Part shown: in pieces, positions 54,267-64,000 of the stretch
Layout: the number at the start of each line of letters is the position of its first letter
Numbering within the stretch: position 1 is the first letter of the stretch
Source: Eledone cirrhosa
Taxonomy: Eukaryota
DNA length: 64,000 nt
Assembly (NCBI GenBank): GCA_964016885.1
Contig: OZ024741.1
Location: forward strand, 333,002,001 to 333,066,000
Reading direction: 5' to 3'
Program-made: the position numbers and the translations under genes
The notes under the pieces: model-generated
Database searches by the model: none
What the model saw: the letters and a program-made list of their open reading frames with translations, nothing else
What the model was told of the DNA's origin: nothing

Positions 54267-57200
54267 TTAAAGTGTTCAAATTTAAATTCCTATGTCAGAG
54301 TGAAAAATCATTATTACATGACAGATCAGAGCAATGGCAGTAATTGGTAGAGCATCAGACACCATGCTTCGCAGCACATAGTTATGTCCGTTTATGTTCT
54401 GAGTTCAAATCCTGCCAAGGTTAGCTTTGCCTTTCATCCTTATGGAGCTTAATCAAATAAAATACCAGCAATGCACTGCGGTTGATGTAATTGACTTTCC
54501 TCTCACCATCAAATTGTTAGCTTTGTGCCTAAATCAGAAACCATTATCATTAGGGCAGTCGATTGGCAGTATCAGTAGAATGTCGGGCAACATGCTTTGT
54601 GGCACATAGTCACGTCCCTTTACATTCAGAGTTCAAATTTCGCTGAGGTTAGCTTTACCTTTCATCCATTACGGGGTTGATAAAATAAAGTACCAGTAAT
54701 ACACTGAGGTCGATTTAACCGACTTTCCTATTCCTCAAAATGTGTTGGCCTTGTGCCTAAATCAGAAACCGTTACTACATGATAGACAATAATTAGATTT
54801 CACTCATTAACTATTCATTTTTATTATATTTATTAGTGTTGAAAGATATTTATTTCCCCAAACCTCTCACAATCATTGATTATTTTGATAACTCAAATAA
54901 AAGGAAGAAATAGGTTAAGAAAATGTTAACCTATTCAGTAGTATAGTTAATGTATTGTGAGATATGCAATAAATGACTGATAAGTTTCAGAAAGCTGGTA
55001 GAAATATATAAAGGGTAAAGAATGACAAATATAATTGTTTCTACTTTAGGCACAAGGCCAGCAATTACCCAGTGCATTACTGGTACTTTATTTTATCGAC
55101 CCCGTAAGGATGAAAGGCAAAGTTTACCTCGGCAGCATTTGAACTCACATCGTAAAGGGACAATAAAACAAAGTAATGTTTTACCCAGTATATTTCAACA
55201 TATTTTACATCAAATCACCCCAAATTACATCTAGTTCCATGAAAAAAAGCCTTCTATATAAAAAGTTTCTATTCAAATATAAATCTTTCAACATAATTTG
55301 TTATATGTATGGCTCAGTGGTTAGAGCATTGGGCTTACAATTGTGAGGTAGTGAGTTTGATTCCCTGACCAGGTGGTCTGTTGTGTCTTTGAGCAAGATA
55401 CTTTATTTCATATTGGTCCAGTTCACTTAGCTGTAGAAATGAGTTATGAGTTATGATGTCACTGGAGCCAAGCTGTACCAGCCTTTGCCTTTCCTTTGGA
55501 CAACATCGGTGGCATCGAGAGAGGAGATTTGTATGCATGAGCAGCTGCCAGTCTTCCACAAAGAACCATGCCTGCACATGTGCCTCAGAGGGGGAACTCC
55601 CATGGTCAATATTTTTACATTCATTTTCCCATGCTTGAATGGGTTGGACAGAATATGATCGTGAAAGGGATAAGTATTACTGCTATATTTTTGTATCCTT
55701 TTATACAAAGTATTTACAGTTTTTCATTCATTGAAAGGTGTGGAAATGTGAGTGTCCTAAGTACAGAAAATAACTGTAATAACAGTTGATCACTATAGAT
55801 AACAATATCCACTTCTTTCCATCTTTAAAGGTAATTTAACCAATTTTCTAAACTATTATTTATTGTGATTGACTTTTATCACAGTTATTTTCTGCATTTG
55901 GGTCTCTCACATTTTCAAGTTCTAAACAATCCCAGCTCTTCGATAATTATAATTCATAAGGTTTACTTACCTCAAGTGTTTCCTCGATAAGTTCTTTTTT
56001 CTTTTTTCAATTGGCATAGATATATTGTATTTGCCAGCCAATAGGCTTACAATGCATTTACAACAAAAAAAAAATCTTCCCTGCTTCAAATACGACCATG
56101 TCACCGAAGGGAGGCTGAATGGAGGGGGTGGGGCGACGAGCATGGTAAAAAACATTTGTATTACTATTAATATTACTAATACAGTAATGCAATACAATTT
56201 ATATAAGCAAAATGATGTCAAACTTTATACAAAAGTTTCTGAAAAAACAATGAAATAATTTTAGAATTTTTTTTTCTTTTCAAAATGTACTTGTAAAACC
56301 AGGAGGTGTCTTATATGAAGGGACGTCAAATAGGCCAGCAAATACAATATCTCTTTCTCATTCCCGTTCTCTCACTTTCTCTATTCTTTTCTGGAAGAAA
56401 TCTGCTGTATTCATACAGAGATGGGGTTCACCTGGTTTTAAAAATGATCTTGAAATGCTGTATGTCAAAGTGGCGCCCCTACGACTCCCTTACGAGCTAG
56501 GGAACTAGAAACTGACTGAATATAGATATTATGGAAGCAACTATATATTTCATGAAGCCTGTAGTTATAGTGTGAAATTACTATGACAATTACAAGATAA
56601 CAACAGAAATTCTGGAGCCTCTCTTTTCAGCTATTTATAATTAAAGATTTAAGAAATTACATACTTTATCTATTTATTAATTTATTCTATTACGTTTTTT
56701 ATATTATATTTTTCAAAATTAATATAAAAAAAAAATTACCACATACACACATACACAGAAACCCCCAGGAAATGATATTTTGTTTAATTGTTCATTATAT
56801 TATTTAAATTTTTTAATTTTTAGTAAAACTATTTCTCATTCATATATATATACATATATATATATATGTCAAGTAAGAGTATTTTTGAAACAGTGAGTGG
56901 GTTTGAAATTATATATATATACATATACCCACTTACACCACCCACTCTACACACCCTACCACCACTGACCCCCACTAACACACCCGCATTCAACCCTTTC
57001 CCCACCACCAGTATACTAACACCCACTAATACCCCCTTCACCATACACACACTCATCCAAACACGCACACACACACACCAGTACACTACACTTCCTCCAC
57101 CGTCCCCTACACCTTTTCTCTCCCTCTCTCCGCTCCACCCACACCCTTCACACACACTCACACATCCCACTAACACCTCTACTAATACACACCCCATCCC

Positions 57201-58080
57201 CCCCACATTACCCCCTCTCCACTCCACCTTTCACACCTACCCATCATCACCCCTGTCCACCGCACCTCCGCACTCACTGACACACTAACTTTCTCCACCT
57301 GCCATTCTCCTCTACTGCTGCTATGCCTTCTCCTGCCTTGACCTTCTGACCACTTCTCCACACACACAGACACACAATCCTCTCCACCTGTATTTCTCCT
57401 CTACCTTCATCCTGCCTTGAGCCTCTGACCACTTCCTGTTGCACGCTCACCCCACATCTCTCCTCTTCCGACCACCACAACCAACGGATTACACACCATC
57501 GGCCATCGTTCCCACTATCCACTCCATAACATGGAAAATATCCGGCACCCCTTCACACTCTCCACGGAACCACTTTAGGAACTTACCCACGGACATACAT
57601 TCTCACAATTTTTTTTCGAACCACGCCACCTACATCCACAAAACGTATAAACACCAACACACATGTGCGTACCCCCACATATATACACACTCAGCCTCCG
57701 GAATCCCCCCTCCCCATCCACATGCACACACACACACCGACCTACAGCCCACCCCACACACACACCTTTTCCTGAACATGGAACCTCATTCTTCCCCCAA
57801 CTCTCACATTCACATACACACACACACACATACACCTACACACATACAAAAACACCACCTTCAGCCCACCCCGCTCGGACACCCAGCCTCCCTCTCCCCA
57901 CTCCACCCGCCACCACCCTACACGCCCCACACCCTTCCACCACTTGTTTATCTTCATGTTTATTTTTATTTTTATTGTACCCTTTCCACCGTTTTTCCTC
58001 CCTTTCCTCTCCCTCCCTTTTTTCTAAATGTCTCTCCACCACTCCCCCACACACCCTCGGAACTCTCTTCCCACCCACTT

Positions 58081-58120
58081 TTCTCCTGAAGAAGGGTTTA
58101 TGCCCGAAACGTCGTTCCCC
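58081..58120 (+). ncRNA. Minimal PLE-type hammerhead core
   Basis: CTGAAGA-a gggt ttat gccc-GAAAC-GTC. No local stem I. Confidence 0.55.
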
Positions 58121-58196
58121 ACCCCCCACTCTCAAGAGCGTGAAACTAATGAACCTTTGTTTGTACTGCCTCTCTGTTTTGTTCCCGTTCCATTTT

Positions 58197-58254
<58 letters not shown>

Positions 58255-58345
58255 TATACATATATATATATACATATACATATATATATACATATATATA
58301 CATATATATATATACATATACATATATGTATACATATATATATAC

Positions 58346-58377
<32 letters not shown>

Positions 58378-58541
58378 ATACATATATATATACATATATA
58401 TATATATACATATATATATACATATATATATATATACATATACATATATATATACATATACATATATATACATATATATATATATATACATATATATACA
58501 TATACATATATATATACATATACATATATATATATACACAT

Positions 58542-58575
<34 letters not shown>

Positions 58576-58627
58576 ACACATATACATATATATACACATA
58601 TATATATATATACATATACATATATAT

Positions 58628-59090
<463 letters not shown>

Positions 59091-59152
59091 CACACATATA
59101 TATATATATGTTTGTGTATATACATACACACACATATTTATACATGCATATA

Positions 59153-59209
<57 letters not shown>

Positions 59210-59226
59210 TTTTTAATTTTTACTAG

Positions 59227-59380
59227 GTGAATGTTCAGAAAGTTGCTGCTAATTCTGCAAGTTCTGATATTGACCAAGACATTCTTGCCAGTGACTATAA
59301 ATTTGACTGTGGACCAGTCGTCATGGAAACTGTCCATGGATGGAATGGACTTGACACAGGACAATACGAAGAGATATCAG
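59227..59380 (+). CDS. Probable internal exon of an unidentified host gene
   Basis: ttttaatttttactAG acceptor and CAG|GTatgt donor. Single fully open frame [51 protein letters not shown]. Confidence 0.7.
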
Positions 59381-60594
59381 GTATGTTATGAGACATACAT
59401 GTATTTTTTGTTTTTGTTGTTTTCCTTTTCTGTTAAGGAATTCCACTGAAGATACACGTGTCAGTGGAATGCTCATTAATTATAGATTAGTTACTGATGG
59501 AGAGTTGGCAGAAACATTAAAATGTCAGATAAAATGCTTTGCAGTATTTGTTTCAGCTCTCCGCTCTCTGAGTTCAAATCCTGCAGAGGTCAACTTTGCC
59601 TTTCACCCTTTCGCAGTCAATAAAAAACGTACTGGGATCAATTCTTCCTATATATCTCTTGCTCTCTCCCACTCTCTATCCTTCTCTGGAAGAAATCTGT
59701 TGTGTTTAAACCTGGAGAAGAGATGAATTCTGGCAGGCTTGAAAATGCCCCAAGAAACGTTATATGTCACTATGGCATTTGTATGACTCCATCAGGAGTT
59801 ATGATTCCATACCACACCATCATCTTCAGCCCAGGAAAGTCCATTGTTCCACATAATCCTTACCCAAGCTGTGTCATCTTTGCCAATCCTGAGCCATTCA
59901 TGGCAAATATTTTTCAATGTTCTCAAGGTCATCTTGCCATTTGGTCTTCTAATATCCTTAGTTTCTTGTGTGACATTGTGGGGGTCCAGGAGGTGACGTG
60001 GGTGGTCCACCTGTTGTTAGTCATTCTGGCAATGTGTCCTGCTCACTTCCATACCATACATTAATCAATGAGTTGAATGTCCAATTGATTGAATAACTGA
60101 AAGCTCATCATTGAAACTGAGGTAGGATCTTTCATAATTTGTACGAATCAATTTATATGATTTGCAAATGATCAAACAAAAATATGAATTACAATATAGA
60201 TTAGGAATGTGTTGTTCTAACCAGGCAAACATAGATTTATAAGATGTAGGATATTAAAAGGTATTTAAACACAAGAGGAATTTGAAAAGCAAAAGTGAAA
60301 GAAAAGTAGAATTCATAAATGAGTTTTGGTAACTTGAATTGCCAGGAGCAATGAAGCATATAATTTGAAGACCTTTTCATTTGTCTGAGTGAGCAAGAGG
60401 TAGTGCGTGTAGTTTTGTATATGTGTGTGGTGGTGGTGGTGACGGGTGAAGGTGCATGTGTGTGTTGTCCCTTTGCTTAAAGGCTAAGTGACATCACTTT
60501 CTCTCCTTCATTGTTCTTGATAGATGTGTTTACTGATGTATCTATCTATCTATATACATATATGGATGTATATACATATATGCCTGTGTGTGTA

Positions 60595-60673
<79 letters not shown>

Positions 60674-61000
60674 TTATTTATATATATATATATTTATATA
60701 TATATATTTATTTATATATATATATATATCCACACGAACATGGAAAACATATGTTAAATGATGATGATGATAATATATGCTCTCACACACACATATACAT
60801 ATATATATATGTGTGTGTGTGTATGTATATATATATATATACACACACACCACAGATAGATGTTTATGATTAACTTAAATGATATATTTACATATAAGCT
60901 AAATATGGTAGAAAACAAAATTGTGACTGTACCATGTGCAGGCATTGAACTATGCATCTGCTGCATACCAGGCAATATGTATATATATATATATATATAT

Positions 61001-61127
61001 ATAGGAATGAGTAGGACCCCGACGGTTGAGCTCAAGCCATTTCGACGGCTAATTCGACGGCTAATTCAGTCCAGAATTAGCCGGCGAAACGGCTTGAGCT
61101 CAGCTGTCGGGGTCCTACTCGTTCCTA
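61001..61127. repeat. GC-rich hairpin or MITE-like palindrome
   Basis: ataggaatgagtaggaccccgacggttgagctcaagcc ... ggcttgagctcagctgtcggggtcctactcgttcctat. Confidence 0.9.
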
Positions 61128-61360
61128 TTACCCACTCTACTACCCTAAGTATTGAGTACTTTGGTGCGTTATGGTCCACCTGGTTCTTTACCACATTTCC
61201 TTCGTTATATATATATATATATATTTTAAAGAGTTAAACAAGATTCAATGAGTACATCAAAGAATGAGTTTTACAGTAGATTGAAAGCACTCTACAGAAA
61301 AAATATTTTCCAGAGTTAAATTCAAATATTAATAAAATAGATATTCTTGTGATCATTTAA

Positions 61361-61426
61361 ATTTTATTATACATATTTCAGAGGTACTTGAATCAAGTTC
61401 AATAGTACGTCCTCATCAGATAAAAT
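61361..61426 (-). ncRNA. Type I hammerhead ribozyme, intact (divergent member of the 44607 family)
   Basis: Minus strand: attttat-CTGATGA-gga c gtac ta ttgaa cttga ttcaa gtac c tct-GAAA-tatgta-TA-ataaaat. Confidence 0.88.
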
Positions 61427-61973
61427 AAAATGATACATGACATACCCTGACATGTTAAATGGTTAAGATTTAATCAAGGTAGTGATTAACTTGTGAGAAA
61501 ACTCAATATTTATACCCTACAAATGAGAACATGCGACAACGTAATAGAATCAATAGAGAGGGTGTGAGTAAGAAAAAGATTGCTTTAATGTAACAGTTAT
61601 AGAGTTATTAATGTTTGAAATACTACTGTAGGACTATAAAGGAAGACTATAGATATCTGGAGTTATAATTTTTTTAGTTTTTAGTTTGAGAATACAACTG
61701 ATAGATAATTAAAGAGAGAGAGATAAAGGGGAGTAATTTATGCACAAATATTCTTCAGACACATATAAACATATATAGCTTTGGCGGTTAAGTTTCAAAA
61801 TATTTAATTTATGTTATTTTAGGGTAACGAATCAAAATTATAGGTTTTAAAAGTTGATGGTTATTTGTGTTATAAATTTTATAAATGTATTAAATTTCTA
61901 AAATTCAAAGTTTTATGAAATCAAATTTAAAGGATTTACTAGGCCCGCGAAAGAAAAATATATACCACACTAT

Positions 61974-63895
61974 GGTCACCCGGATAGTAAACAGAGTCAT
62001 ACAGAATGGGGTCATTCCAAAGGACTGGCGTAGCAGCATCATCATTAACTGCTACAAGGGTAAAGGAGATGCCCTAGATAGGAGTAACTATAGAGGCATT
62101 AAATTAATCGACCAGGTCATGAAGGTCGCAGAAAAACTAATAGCTCAACTAATCAGAGAGTGAATTGATCTAGATGAAATGCAGTTTGGGTTTGTGTCAG
62201 GTAAAAGTACCACAGACGCCCTTTTCATTGTACGACAACTACAGGAGAATACCTAGCTAAAAGTAGACCCCTATACTTAGCTTTTGTTGACTTGGAGAAA
62301 GCCTTTGACAGAGTCCCCCGCTCCATTATCCGGTGGGCTCTTAGAAAACTAGGTGTTGATGAATGGCTTGTGAGAGCTAAACAAGCCATGTATAAAGAAA
62401 CAGTAAGCAAGGTTAGAATTAACAACGAATATAGTGAAGAATTTAGCGTAAAAGTTGGTGTTCATCAGGGCTCTGTTCTTAGCCCCATACTATTTATTAT
62501 TGTCCTTCAGGCTATAACAGAGGAGTTCAAGACCGGCTGCCCATGGGAACTCCTATACGCAGATGATCTAACGCTCATAGCTGAATCAATGGCTGAACTA
62601 GAGAAGAAATTCCAAACATGGAAGCATGGCCTAGAATCAAAAGGCCTTAAAGTTAACTTGTCTAAGACTAAAGTTCTAGTTTGTAGGAAGGAAAATAGGG
62701 CACCGGTCCCATCTGGGAAATGGCCATGCTCAGTATGTAGGAAAGGAGTAGGTAGAAACTCCATTTTATGTCCCAAATACAAAGTATGGGTGCATAAAAG
62801 ATGTAGTGGGATCACAGGTAAGCTAACTAAGAATATAGATTTTATATGTGGCCGGTGCTCTGGTGCAATAAGTAACAGCAAGTGTCAACAGAATACTAGC
62901 TCATTCCATTGCACAGATGGTTCTATAGAAATAGTGGACATCTTCCGTTACCTGGGTGATAAAATCAGCAGTGGGGGAGGGTGCTCTGAAAGTACAGTAG
63001 CTAGAGTCAGAACGGGATGGAAAAAGTTCAGAGAGCTTATACCACTATTGGCCGCTAAAGGTTTCTCTCTAAGTATGAAAGGCAGGCTGTATGATGCCTG
63101 CATATTTACATGAAATGAGACCTGGGCATTGTGTGCAGAGGATCTACGCAGACTGGAGAGGAACGAAGCTTGCATGCTCCGCTGGATGTGTAATAGTAAT
63201 ATATGTGAACGGCAAAGCATAAACGAACTAAGGGAGAAATTAGGAATAAGAGGGATCAGATGTTGTTTACTCGAGAGAAGACTACGTTGGTACGGTCACG
63301 TGATGCGCATGAAAGACGACAGCTGTATAAAAAAGTGCAGAGCAATAAAAATAGACGGTAGCTATGGAGTAGGCAGACCCAGAAAAACCTGGGACGACTT
63401 GATAAATTCCGACCTCAGACACTTACACCTCTCCAAGACAATGTCACTGGACCGAGATCTTTGGTGCTACACAGTAATACAGAAGACCCGCCTTGCCTAA
63501 GTACAAAGCGAAACCTACAGTCAGTAGGCACCTCTAACAAAAATACACCCCTGTCCCACTGCCCCCACCCCATCCACACTACCCCATTCAATGTGAAGTT
63601 ATGTTGATAAAACAACATCCAGTCCGAAACAAATGAGGTTGTGTAGGTGTCACGACAAAAAAAACACACAGTCCACGCTGTAATGTGGCCGTTTAGGTAA
63701 CAGGGTAAAAACCTCCCAGTCCACACTGTAAACGTGGTTGGTGTTAGGAAGGGCATCCAGCCGTAGAAAACCTGCCAGACAGTCCTATACGAGCAAGACA
63801 ACCAATCTTGCCTCAAGTGGGAAAACTCCTGTCCAAACCCATGCAAGCGTGGATGATGGACGTTAAACGATGATGATGATGATGATGATGATGAT
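61974..63895 (+). mobile_element. RTE LINE (RT to 3' tail) with a few disablements
   Basis: YKGKGDALDRSNYRGIKL, EKAFDRV, GVHQGSVLSP, LLYADD, RLRWYGHV, (gat)n tail. Confidence 0.95.
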
Positions 63896-64000
63896 ATATA
63901 TATTAGAAAAGGGAAGTAAGGTTCTATAGAAAACAGTGGATATAGAGAAAAGCTGAAGAGTTGGAAATAGCACCGAAAATATATTTTAAGGTCTGTTTTT

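Overview
AT-rich, microsatellite-dense eukaryotic DNA. The SINE and RTE families suggest a coleoid cephalopod, probably Octopus (inference). The window is almost entirely intronic or intergenic repeat: several RTE-clade LINE copies with (GAT)n tails, two tRNA-derived SINE families, piggyBac- and Tc1/mariner-type MITEs, a Helitron-like element, a CRE-like fragment, and fragments of three Penelope-like elements (PLEs; two Naiad-type, one Neptune-type GIY-YIG). Two probable + strand exons of an unidentified host gene are present. The main unexplained signal is about 20 type I hammerhead ribozyme (HHR) motifs (stem I-CUGANGA-stem II-GAAA-stem III-UH-stem I') from many apparently unrelated families. 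Most sit in short non-coding units embedded in (TA)n. They are often in fold-back pairs, once in a ~111-bp tandem, and several have very long stem II insertions. This suggests a diverse population of non-autonomous PLE-dependent or retrozyme-like elements. All motifs were read by eye, so boundaries are approximate to a few bases. Most ORFs in the supplied track are microsatellite artefacts.
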